Positions 8,022-16,861 of a DNA stretch of 17,056 nt are shown piece after piece; the stretch's first letter is position 1, and every line of letters begins with the position of its first letter. The notes below the pieces were generated by a model. It had not been told where the DNA came from. It saw only the letters and a program-made list of their open reading frames with translations, and searched no databases. Made by a program: the position numbers and the translations under genes. The stretch comes from a virus. The stretch lies in the UHGV virus genome UHGV-1593167, one strand, 5' to 3'.

Positions 8022-8327
8022 CTACTCCTGCACGAAAATGAGGTGGCTGTATGTGCCGAGGTTGGTTTTGGTGGGCTCGTCTGGTGCGCCCTTATCGGTC
8101 GCCACCACCAGCGCACCATCAATGCCAAGCTGTGGATATTGTCGTAATAGGTTCACGCCGGTCAGGAGAGGTACGCCAGAAAGAAGCGCAGCACCGCCGC
8201 TATCCATCACGTCCATGATCCAGCCAGCCGCATCGCGCCAGATGATCCTGAGCGTATAGGTGGTATTGCCCAGCAAAACGCGGAACTGCTGATTGTCAGG
8301 AGAAAGCGGTATTTCGTTAAACTGCAT
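8022..8327 (-). CDS. Small phage tail protein, unknown function
   Basis: 101 aa from ATG 8327 (SD GGGGGA 5 nt upstream); coupled to neighbouring genes in the tail operon. Confidence 0.5.
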   Translation of the reverse strand: MQFNEIPLSPDNQQFRVLLGNTTYTLRIIWRDAAGWIMDVMDSGGAALLSGVPLLTGVNLLRQYPQLGIDGALVVATDKGAPDEPTKTNLGTYSHLIFVQE

Positions 8328-8328
8328 A

Positions 8329-8931
8329 TCATCCCCCGAATGCTGATGTAACGCTTCCGCCAAGCTGGCTCAGCAAGGATTCGTTTGGCGGTGTAGTGGA
8401 TTTCGTCCCGGAATTTTGCACCGCCGATGTGCTGACGCCATCCTGCATATCTGATTTATCAGCAACACTAACGCTCTGCGTTTGCGACATGATCACTTCA
8501 CGCAGGGTAAGCGTGCAGTTCAGCACGTTTTCGCTGGTTTTGTCCGTTGTCACCTCGATGGCTCGCACCAGCATATTGCTGTACACCCGCTTTCCGGTCA
8601 CCACATCGAACGGCACCCGAGAGGACTGGAGATCCAGCAGTTGCTGATAGGTCTCTTTCGGGCTTAGTCCGGCGCTGAGGCCGATTGAAGATGTATCAAT
8701 GAAGTCCAGCAACGAACCGCCACCAGCGAAGCCGCATTCCATTGTGACTTCGCTGGGGCGCTTATACGCATGATCGGCGATGAAGCCCGAAGCGCTATTC
8801 GTTGTTGGCTTCTCCACCGGGTGCTCAGTAATTTCGAGCGCATCAGAATGCTTTTCGGAGACGACCACGCTGGGGATCAGCAGGCCAATTCGCCGGGATT
8901 GCTGGCGAAAAATCGCTGATAAAATATCCAT
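8329..8931 (-). CDS. Phage tail protein, unknown function
   Basis: 200 aa; ATG 8931 overlaps the stop of the upstream gene (TAATG). Confidence 0.5.
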   Translation of the reverse strand: MDILSAIFRQQSRRIGLLIPSVVVSEKHSDALEITEHPVEKPTTNSASGFIADHAYKRPSEVTMECGFAGGGSLLDFIDTSSIGLSAGLSPKETYQQLLDLQSSRVPFDVVTGKRVYSNMLVRAIEVTTDKTSENVLNCTLTLREVIMSQTQSVSVADKSDMQDGVSTSAVQNSGTKSTTPPNESLLSQLGGSVTSAFGG

Positions 8932-10532
8932 TATCTCGGTCCTGCGGGGAGTTGCTGGGTTAACTGTGAATTCACGCCCTTTTGACGATCAACAGTCAAA
9001 CGGGCAGCCTCGCGCGGATCGGAAACGCCGTGGATGTTAATATTCGTTTCCTGCTGAATCACCGGGGCGCTGGTGGGCATGTTGCTCATTACTTTCGGAA
9101 TGTAGTTACGCGTTTCCTGCGGCATTAACCCCATGCCATAGCGCTTAACATTCCCGATCCCCCAGTTATATGATGCCAGTGCTTTGCTAAGGTCTCCACC
9201 GTTCTGCCGCAACAGCTGGCTGAGGTACTTAGCTGCGGCCTGAGCTGACTTTTGCGGGTCGAATACATCGTTTCCGCGAAGGCCCATGTCGCGCGCCGTA
9301 CCATCCATAAACTGAAACAGACCTTTCGCGCCTGCGCCGGACATGGCGAACTGGTTACCACCTGACTCGGTTATCGCCACACTTTTCAATAGACCAGCTG
9401 GAAGTTGATAAAGCGACTCAAGTTTATTGAACATTGGCCCCATCCAGTCGAGCAATACTTTGCCCTGGGCTGTGGCCCGTGGACGTTTGACTGATTGCGC
9501 AAACTGGGAGGGGTCACCCGATATATTTGGAGAGATTTCAGCAGCTCCAGCCGGGGAGAAAAATAAATTACCGATTTTGGCAATCCCGTCTGAGATTTTT
9601 TCAAGATAACCATTAGCAGCCTGCTGACGGTTTTTTATTTCATCTCTTTCATGCGGGGCAATTTCATTACTACGAACATGCTGTTCCGCCCCGGGAATGT
9701 CAGGCTGAACATTATCGCCATAAACGACGCCATTGCTTTGCGCCTGACGAATAATCTTACCTGGGCCACCATGCAGCCAATCCATCCATGCGGGCCATTC
9801 TCTTACCTCGCTAACATCTTTTCGCCCAAGGTCGGTTTTGATGCCAACCGTAGCAAGAGCATCACCAATGTTCCTTTTGGTATAGTCCAAAGATGATTTA
9901 GCACTGGCTTTTATGTTTTCACGATCTGAAACCAGGTAACCAGCATACGCTCCCCATAATTTAAGCCATGGAGGTATCGGAAGACCGGATATTTTTGCGA
10001 ATGCTCCCAATACTTTTGTTACCCATACCCCAGCGATGAAAGTAGCCAAAATTTCCAGCGAGTTCTGCCATCCACCAACAGAATCTTTCAGCCCCAGAAG
10101 CTTATCGCGCAGCCAGAGAATTGCCTTTTTCGCCTTTTCTATTGCAGGCTCCCACTTGGACCAGTCAATCAGGCTTTTACCGCCTTCTTTCCACGTCTGA
10201 TAATCGTCATAGAGTAATCCGATCGCCAGAATCAGCGTGGTGATAATTCCAATCGGGGATTTCAGGAACGCAGAATTAAGCAGACGCCATGCGACAAGTA
10301 GAGCACCGAATATTTTCAGCAGATTTTTACTGCCATCGTCAAGACGCTTCCACCAGTCGATGACAGAGCCAGCGCCCTGTATCAGCCGCCACGCCATTCT
10401 CGTGAATGCGTTCGCAAGCCAGATCACGCCTTTAATAACTCTGGTCAGCGTCTCTTCAATCTTCGGGAAATTGTCGAGGATGCGCCGCCGCAGGCTGTCC
10501 AGCGAACCAGCCAGGCCACCAGCGAAGTTCAC
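8931..10532 (-). CDS. Tape-measure-like tail protein fragment with hydrophobic segments and a C-terminal lytic transglycosylase (SLT) domain; probably 5'-truncated
   Basis: SLT motifs (ITESGGNQ..., GLFQF, SYNWG); hydrophobic helices typical of tape-measure C-terminal regions. The ORF opens with GTG directly after an in-frame stop and abuts an oppositely oriented operon. Confidence 0.55.
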   Translation of the reverse strand: MNFAGGLAGSLDSLRRRILDNFPKIEETLTRVIKGVIWLANAFTRMAWRLIQGAGSVIDWWKRLDDGSKNLLKIFGALLVAWRLLNSAFLKSPIGIITTLILAIGLLYDDYQTWKEGGKSLIDWSKWEPAIEKAKKAILWLRDKLLGLKDSVGGWQNSLEILATFIAGVWVTKVLGAFAKISGLPIPPWLKLWGAYAGYLVSDRENIKASAKSSLDYTKRNIGDALATVGIKTDLGRKDVSEVREWPAWMDWLHGGPGKIIRQAQSNGVVYGDNVQPDIPGAEQHVRSNEIAPHERDEIKNRQQAANGYLEKISDGIAKIGNLFFSPAGAAEISPNISGDPSQFAQSVKRPRATAQGKVLLDWMGPMFNKLESLYQLPAGLLKSVAITESGGNQFAMSGAGAKGLFQFMDGTARDMGLRGNDVFDPQKSAQAAAKYLSQLLRQNGGDLSKALASYNWGIGNVKRYGMGLMPQETRNYIPKVMSNMPTSAPVIQQETNINIHGVSDPREAARLTVDRQKGVNSQLTQQLPAGPR

Positions 10533-10553
10533 TCAGAAAAACTGGAGAACATC

Positions 10554-10760
10554 ATGGTTCATCAGCACTACGGTACACAGACAGTAAACCGCGGCGCAGT
10601 TCAGCCGGGGATGCTCGTCAAACACAAAGACTCAACCTGGACGGCATCAGCTAACGCTCGCGGACGTTTGTATCTGCATCGCGGCGTAGAAATGACTTAC
10701 ACCAAGGATTTGCTGGTTGAAGTTTATCTGAACGGTCTGGGGCATGGACTCAGCCACTAG
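10554..10760 (+). CDS. Small protein (68 aa), first gene of the early operon; possible Kil-type protein
   Basis: SD GGAG 6 nt upstream of ATG; occupies the position that kilR holds upstream of ydaE-racC-recE in Rac. Identity is inference from synteny only. Confidence 0.4.
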   Translation: MVHQHYGTQTVNRGAVQPGMLVKHKDSTWTASANARGRLYLHRGVEMTYTKDLLVEVYLNGLGHGLSH

Positions 10761-10771
10761 CGGAGGATGTC

Positions 10772-10933
10772 ATGTTAGACAAGAAATGCGGATATTGCGG
10801 CAAGCCGGTTAAAACGGAGGAAGTAATCAAGAGCACCCTTCTCTATCGCAACGGCTCACAGCTGGCGCGCAAAGAAAAAGAGTATTGCTCCAAACGTTGC
10901 GCTTCGCACGACCAGATGGCTCACGAAGGCTAA
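10772..10933 (+). CDS. Small zinc-ribbon protein (53 aa; CxxC...CxxxC), not in the ORF track
   Basis: MLDKKCGYCGKPVKTEEVIKSTLLYRNGSQLARKEKEYCSKRCASHDQMAHEG; SD GGAGG 4 nt upstream of the ATG; four Cys at positions 6, 9, 39, 43. Confidence 0.5.
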   Translation: MLDKKCGYCGKPVKTEEVIKSTLLYRNGSQLARKEKEYCSKRCASHDQMAHEG

Positions 10934-11071
10934 CGTAAAACCCGCGCAAGGCGGGATTCACGTCCGGTGCCACCGACCAAAGTTACACCGGAATTTATAC
11001 CAAACCAAAAAACATCCAATGGGCGCTATCTCTGGCCCGGGGATTCTAACACTCAAAAAAGAGGATCTCAC

Positions 11072-13981
11072 ATGGAATTTTTCCATCTGATAAAAGCCAG
11101 TCAGAAGTCTGGCAAGAAAGATGCAGTGATTTGGTTCACTGCGAAAAGTGTAGCGCGCGCCAATCTCCAACTCGATGTGGCACTGGAAGAAGCCGGAATT
11201 GAAGAAACTGGCCGCGGTAAAGATTATGCCAAACCAATCCGCACCGATTTCCCGGTATATGACGACCTGCCGGAAGAAGGCGCAGTGGATTACACCTGGT
11301 GCGAACGCTACGAACTGCAGAACGATGACCGCACCTGGCTGCCAAAAGTCACAGCTGAAAACTCTGACGAGAAAACGGCTCAGACCGTTGATAGTCACAT
11401 AACTACTGAGTCAACGCTGCCAGAAACCGCTGGCATCACGCTGGACGAACACGACGACGACTCAACCCTCTACCCGGTAGTGCAGATGCCGTTTCGTAAG
11501 CAACTGCTTTCCCAGTTCACCGCCGACGAACTGCGCCACCACGTAACCCGCGAAGAGTACGAAGCTATCGGCGCGCTGGAGATGGACACTGATAACAGTT
11601 ACGTCCAGAACTTGCTGTTAGCTGCTGAGAACTGCCCGGAAGTGAAGGGTTACGACACCAAAGACCTGTGGCGCTACACCGATGCCATTCGCAAAGTGTT
11701 CAGCCAGGACAAGCGTCACGAACTCGCGCTGGTACTCCGTTTCACCAGAATGTGGGCGGCTACTGATTACATTGACCGTGGCATCCTGGCGCGTGAATGG
11801 GCTGCCGGTAATCACATCAGTAGTGTTCAGCGTACTGATTCCGGAACCAATGCCAACGGCGGTTACGTCACTGACCGTGGACCTGATACATACCATACCC
11901 TTGACACTCTCGATTTAGAGATTGCATGTGCCCTTCTGCCTATGGACTTCAACCACTTCGAGATCCCGGGCAGCATTCTTCGTCGCGCTAAAGAAATCGT
12001 GACCAAAAAAGAAGAACCGTGGAAATCATGGAGCAGCATTCTGCGCAATCAACCCGGCGTTCTTGGCGTTAACCGCACAGCTATTTTTAACCTGATACGT
12101 ATCGCGCCGGAAAATATTCATCTAACTCCTGTCGCTCACCTGGAGTTTGTTAACCGGACCATGACTGCTGCGTTTAATGCTGCTGTTGAGTTATTGCCAT
12201 TGCATGAAGCTGAGCCCGCAACACAGGAAATTCCCCAACCTGAAAGTAAGGAGTCTCCACGCAAACCCTTCTGCACTCACGAAGAGAACCTGCAACGCGT
12301 ACGTGAAGAAGAAGCACGCCGCCGCGCAGAGGAAGCGACAGCACAACCACATAAAGCCGAACAAGAACTGGTTAAAAATGTCGGCAACGGAATATTCGAT
12401 GTTACGGCTTTACTGCAGAACTCAGCAACTCATGGCACGAAACAGGCTACGGAAACCACCAGCAATGTGCAGGTTCAAGAAACTGTCAGTGATGAAAAAA
12501 ATGTTGGTAATGAAATGCAGTCAGGCGAAAGCAGTCTGGAAACTGGTGAAGAGTCACATCCCGGCCAGCAGGCCGATGTAAACCAAAATACGGAATCTGT
12601 CGCTCAAAATAGCGATTCTGTAAACCAGACTGAACCAGTTTTGGCACACGTCGAGCCAGAGGCGCAATCTGACGAACAAGCTGTTTTTTACCCCGATTAC
12701 TTCGAGCCTGGGCGCTATGAAGGTCTGCCGAACGAGGTTTACCACGCTGCCAACGGCATCAGTTCCACCCAGGTAAAAGATGCGCGCGTTTCGCTGATGT
12801 ACTTCAATGCGCGCCACGTTGAGAAAACCATCGTCAAAGAGCGCTCCTCAGTGCTGGACATGGGAAACCTGGTACATGCGCTGGCGTTGCAGCCAGAACA
12901 GCTCGATGAAGAATTTAGCGTTGAACCCGTAATTCCGGAAGGTGCATTTACCACCACGGCAACGATCCGCGCGTTTATTGATGAGTACAACGCCAGCCTG
13001 CCAGCGCAACTGAGCGCAGACGATATCAAAGCTTTGCTGGATGAATACAACGCCACCCTGCCAGCGCTGGTGCCGCTGGGCGCTAGCCTGGATGAAACGG
13101 CGCAGAACTATATGGCGCTGCCAGCTGAATTCCAACGTATCGATGCAGATCAGAAGAAGACAGCAACAGCAATGAAGGCGTGCATCAAAGAGTACAACGC
13201 CACCCTGCCAGCGCAGATTAAAACCAGCGGCAGCCGCGACGCACTACTCGAACAACTTGCGATTATCAATCCTGACCTGGTCGCGCAGGAAGCTCAGAAG
13301 CTGCAACCGCTGAAAGTCTCTGGCACGAAGGCCGATCTGATTCAGGCCGTGAAGGCAGTCAAACCAGATGCAGTGTTCGCCGACGAGCTGCTCGATGCTT
13401 GGCGCAACAACCCGGAAGGGAAAGTGCTGGTTACCCACCAGCAACTTGCCACCGCGCAGGCAATTCAGTCAGCACTGCTCTCGCACCCGACCGCAGGCAT
13501 GCTGCTAACCCACCCGAGCCGCGCCGTTGAGGTGAGCTACTTTGGCTTTGACGAGGAGACGGGACTGGAAGTTCGTGTGCGCCCTGACCTTGAGATCGAC
13601 CTAGACGGCGTGCGTATCGGTGCTGACCTGAAAACCATCAGCATGTGGAATGTTAAGCAGGAAAGCCTGCGCGCCAGGCTACACCGGGAAATTATTGAAC
13701 GTGATTATCACCTGAGCGCGGCTATGTACTGCGAAACCGCAGCGCTGGATCAGTTCTTCTGGATTTTCGTCAACAAAGACGAGAACTACCACTGGATCGC
13801 CATCATCGAGGCATCCGCTGAACTACTGGAGCTGGGTATGCTCGAGTACCGCAAAGCGATGCGCAATATCGCAACCGGATTCGACACAGGTGAATGGCCA
13901 GCGCCAATCACTGCTGACTACACCGACGAACTGAACGACTTCGACCTGCGCCGCCTTGAAGCGCTGCGTACTCATGCATAA
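11072..13981 (+). CDS. recE: Exodeoxyribonuclease VIII (RecE) homologue: RecE-type N-terminal region, acidic disordered linker, C-terminal PD-(D/E)XK nuclease domain
   Basis: 969 aa from ATG 11072 (SD GAGG 8 nt upstream; the track's start at 10967 has none). N-terminal and C-terminal blocks match recalled Rac RecE (e.g. NEVYHAANGISSTQVKD; RPD...GADLKT). Confidence 0.75.
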   Translation: MEFFHLIKASQKSGKKDAVIWFTAKSVARANLQLDVALEEAGIEETGRGKDYAKPIRTDFPVYDDLPEEGAVDYTWCERYELQNDDRTWLPKVTAENSDEKTAQTVDSHITTESTLPETAGITLDEHDDDSTLYPVVQMPFRKQLLSQFTADELRHHVTREEYEAIGALEMDTDNSYVQNLLLAAENCPEVKGYDTKDLWRYTDAIRKVFSQDKRHELALVLRFTRMWAATDYIDRGILAREWAAGNHISSVQRTDSGTNANGGYVTDRGPDTYHTLDTLDLEIACALLPMDFNHFEIPGSILRRAKEIVTKKEEPWKSWSSILRNQPGVLGVNRTAIFNLIRIAPENIHLTPVAHLEFVNRTMTAAFNAAVELLPLHEAEPATQEIPQPESKESPRKPFCTHEENLQRVREEEARRRAEEATAQPHKAEQELVKNVGNGIFDVTALLQNSATHGTKQATETTSNVQVQETVSDEKNVGNEMQSGESSLETGEESHPGQQADVNQNTESVAQNSDSVNQTEPVLAHVEPEAQSDEQAVFYPDYFEPGRYEGLPNEVYHAANGISSTQVKDARVSLMYFNARHVEKTIVKERSSVLDMGNLVHALALQPEQLDEEFSVEPVIPEGAFTTTATIRAFIDEYNASLPAQLSADDIKALLDEYNATLPALVPLGASLDETAQNYMALPAEFQRIDADQKKTATAMKACIKEYNATLPAQIKTSGSRDALLEQLAIINPDLVAQEAQKLQPLKVSGTKADLIQAVKAVKPDAVFADELLDAWRNNPEGKVLVTHQQLATAQAIQSALLSHPTAGMLLTHPSRAVEVSYFGFDEETGLEVRVRPDLEIDLDGVRIGADLKTISMWNVKQESLRARLHREIIERDYHLSAAMYCETAALDQFFWIFVNKDENYHWIAIIEASAELLELGMLEYRKAMRNIATGFDTGEWPAPITADYTDELNDFDLRRLEALRTHA

Positions 13982-13986
13982 GGGGA

Positions 13987-15105
13987 ATGATGATGGAAAA
14001 CACGAATATCGTAACCGCTGAACAGCAGACTCCAAACACGATCTCAGCCAGCAATGCCATTTTCAACGTGCAGGCTTTAACCCAGCTTCAGTCTGTCGCC
14101 GGGTTGATGGCACAGGCAGCCGTAACGGTGCCTGAGCACCTCCGCGGCAATCCGGCAGACTGCATGGCCATCATCATGCAGGCGATGCAGTGGGGTATGA
14201 ACCCTTACGCCGTGGCGCAAAAGACGCACCTGGTTAACGGTGTCCTGGGATACGAAGCGCAACTGGTTAATGCGGTGATCTCCAGCTCAAACGCCATCGT
14301 TGGCCGCTTTCACTATGAGTACGAGGGCGACTGGTCGAAATGTGCCAGCAGCCGCGAGATAACCGTTAAAAAGCCTGCGAAAGGTGGCGGGACGTACGAC
14401 AAGAAAGAAATGGTACGCGGTTGGGAAAGTGCTGATGAACAAGGACTGTCGGTACGGGTAGGTGCCGTTATTCGCGGTGAAAGTGATATCACCTGGGGAG
14501 AGCCTGTTTTCCTCTCCAGCGTAATCACACGTAATTCTCCACTTTGGGTATCAAACCCGAAACAGCAGATCGCTTATCTGGCACTCAAATACTGGGCGCG
14601 CCTGTATTGCCCTGCAGTTGTTCTTGGTGTGTACACCCCTGATGAGATTGAACAGCGCACAGAAAAAGAGATCAACCCAACGCCGCAACGCGTTAGCCTG
14701 GCTGATATCTCAGGTGACACCGTCACAACCACGCAAAGCGCACAGGAATCGTCGGTAAATGTCGACTCTCTTGCCGATGATTTCCGCGAACGCATCGAAT
14801 CTGCTCAGGACGTGGAAAGCGCCAAATCGCTGCGTGCCGACATTGAAACGGCGAAAGCTACGCTGGGATCCGCACTATTCACCGAGCTGAAAAACAAAGC
14901 CGTAAAGCGTTATTACCTAGTGGATGCACGCAACAAGGTTGAGGAGGCTATTAAATCCCTGCCCCAGCCCGACGAGCCGCATGCAGCCGAACGGTTCGCT
15001 GAAGCCGAGCGCATGCTTGCATCTTCAAAGCGTCACTTAGGCGATGAACTGCACGATCAATTCAGCATCACCCTGGCGGATATGAAACCGGAATACGTGG
15101 CCTGA
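13987..15105 (+). CDS. RecT/Redbeta-family single-strand annealing protein with a long C-terminal extension
   Basis: 372 aa; core resembles recalled Redbeta/RecT (QWGMNPY..., LWVSNPKQQIAYLALKYWARL...); starts 6 nt after recE stop with three consecutive ATG. Confidence 0.65.
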   Translation: MMMENTNIVTAEQQTPNTISASNAIFNVQALTQLQSVAGLMAQAAVTVPEHLRGNPADCMAIIMQAMQWGMNPYAVAQKTHLVNGVLGYEAQLVNAVISSSNAIVGRFHYEYEGDWSKCASSREITVKKPAKGGGTYDKKEMVRGWESADEQGLSVRVGAVIRGESDITWGEPVFLSSVITRNSPLWVSNPKQQIAYLALKYWARLYCPAVVLGVYTPDEIEQRTEKEINPTPQRVSLADISGDTVTTTQSAQESSVNVDSLADDFRERIESAQDVESAKSLRADIETAKATLGSALFTELKNKAVKRYYLVDARNKVEEAIKSLPQPDEPHAAERFAEAERMLASSKRHLGDELHDQFSITLADMKPEYVA

Positions 15106-15143
15106 CGAGACCGGGAGGGGTAACCCTCCCTCAAGGAGATTAT

Positions 15144-15386
15144 ATGCGACTGATCAATCGAGGAAGTAAGCAATCACCTTTAGCTCGCCAAGCATGCGAC
15201 ATCGCGCTGGCAGCTCACTTGCAAACATATGGCGACTATGGGCGAAGCAAGATGAAAGAGACTTATACGGTGAAGGTTGAAGGCGTGAAAGTCTGGGTGG
15301 AGGTGGTGAACCGAAAGGCGAGCTACGTGGCCACAGCGATGACCGGCATGCGCCGTCTCCGCTCCCTGCCCGGGCAGGTTGGTTGA
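15144..15386 (+). CDS. Hypothetical protein (80 aa) between the annealing-protein gene and the Xis/AlpA-like gene
   Basis: SD AGGAG 6 nt upstream of ATG; co-directional with the early operon; no family recognised. Confidence 0.4.
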   Translation: MRLINRGSKQSPLARQACDIALAAHLQTYGDYGRSKMKETYTVKVEGVKVWVEVVNRKASYVATAMTGMRRLRSLPGQVG

Positions 15387-15427
15387 AAAAGATTTTGAAT
15401 GGCCCGAACGGGCAACTGGAGAGAGCT

Positions 15428-15625
15428 ATGGATGATATTTTGGTAACGTCAGACCTGACCAGTCGCTACAAAATTTCACGCAAAACCCTTTGGTCATGGC
15501 AAAGTGCAGACACAATGCCTCGGGGCTTCGTATGCCCGTTCCCACCCCCTGACTGGCCCGGCAACCCTAACCGCTGGCGCTCTGAGTCAATCAAAGAGTG
15601 GGAGGATAAAAAGAAGATAAATTAA
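15428..15625 (+). CDS. AlpA/Xis-family HTH protein (putative excisionase or regulator)
   Basis: 65 aa from ATG 15428 (SD GGAG 6 nt upstream). Motif [22 protein letters not shown] followed by a Trp/Pro-rich tail ending IKEWE, typical of AlpA/Xis-like proteins. Adjacent to the integrase. Confidence 0.6.
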
Positions 15626-16815
15626 CTGAAGGGCTCTCCGATGATCTCTTCAAGATGGCTCTGCCAAACGCGGAGCCAGTGTTTCTGATCATCGATATAG
15701 TCATGAAGGTTGTAATGCGCCATAACCCCCACCATCTGATGCCCGAGCAGCTTTTCAATTACGTGCGGCGGGCAACCTAACTCAGAGAGATTTGTGGCTA
15801 TCGTCCGCCTCATATCATGAAGCGACCACTCTGCCATACCTGTTCCATTCCAAATAGAACGGGCGTAATTGGATGCCACAGGTGAATGAACGGGCGAATC
15901 TTTGATCCCGCCATCAATTTTACGTTGTGAAGTCACCAGGTGATTGGTGTTTATTTTCTTGAGGTGATTTCTGACCAGGTTAACGGCGGCGTCTGAGAGT
16001 CCCCTTCTAATATGTACCCGAGTTTTATAACTGCCCGCAGGCACGACCCACTCATTATCATCCAATCGAAACCATGATCTCTCACTAAGTCGAATCTCAG
16101 CCGTACGGCATCCGGTAAGCATAATAAATTTCACCAGGAAAACGGACTCTATCGACATATGGCTTTTCAACCACTGATAGATTTTGCGCAGATCGTCATC
16201 GTCCATCCTGCGAGTTCTCTTTTTAGGCTTTTGCCCGACATCAGATGGCAGTAATCCCTCGAGTGGGTTTGAGGCGATCACACTTCTGTTAACGCAGAAC
16301 CTAAACGCCCGTTTGCACAGCGAAAGCATGTAATGAGCCATCACCCTGCTTTCTATAGAATCGAAGACGTTGATCCAGTGCATTTTCGCTGTGTTATCGA
16401 CTTTGACATTCTTCATCGGTTCGGCGATATGTTTCTCAAACACCTGGCGATAGTAATCGACTTTAACTAGCCCGTTAGCGATACAGTGCCTTTCAATCCA
16501 GTAATTGAACGCTTCGGCAACGGACATCGCTTCCTGTCGGGTCTGCTTATCCAGCTTCACCTGCTCTCGCGGATCCAGTCCCTCAGTTAACCAGTTTCTG
16601 AATTGTTGGCGACGCTCTCTTGCCTGGGTGATACTCATTGCAGGATAATCACCAACATTGAGTTTTACCGCTTTACCGGCCCAGCGATACCGATAGAAAA
16701 ATGATATTTTTCCGGCCTGGCTGATTCTGGCGTTGAGCCCGTGCGAATCAGAAATAATCTCGATATCATCTCTTTTCTTGCCGAGCGCCTTCCTGAGCTT
16801 TGTGTCGGTGATCAT
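15622..16815 (-). CDS. int: Tyrosine integrase, P4/CP4-57-like family
   Basis: N-terminal [10 protein letters not shown]... resembles the P4-type LTDTxIKAAK motif; C-terminal catalytic region has LHDMRRT and MAHYNLHDY (R-H-R-Y pattern). Start uncertain (16815, 16830 or 16872); none has a clear SD. Confidence 0.85.
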
Positions 16816-16820
16816 TGAAT

Positions 16821-16861
16821 GGGTACACATTTTTGTTTTTGGGTACACAAAAGTGTACACA
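16821..16861. repeat. Three direct repeats of GTACACA (two as GGGTACACA) in the integrase leader; candidate arm-type binding sites or operators
   Basis: GGGTACACA at 16821-16829 and 16841-16849, GTGTACACA at 16853-16861; between the integrase start and attR. Confidence 0.4.

Noticed and set aside
10936-10960. Short GC hairpin (CCCGC-GCAAG-GCGGG) between the zinc-ribbon gene and recE
   Set aside because: Only a 5-bp stem and no following T-tract; too weak to call a terminator.
10967-11071. Upstream extension of recE giving 1004 aa
   Set aside because: Would start at a GTG with no SD; the ATG at 11072 has GAGG at 8 nt and gives a RecE-like N-terminus. The longer form remains possible.
10958-11398. 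146-aa minus-strand ORF
   Set aside because: Antisense overlap with the 5' part of recE and the upstream spacer; no SD.
12177-12581. 134-aa plus-strand ORF inside recE
   Set aside because: Alternative frame of the recE linker region; Lys/Arg-rich shadow ORF without start signals.
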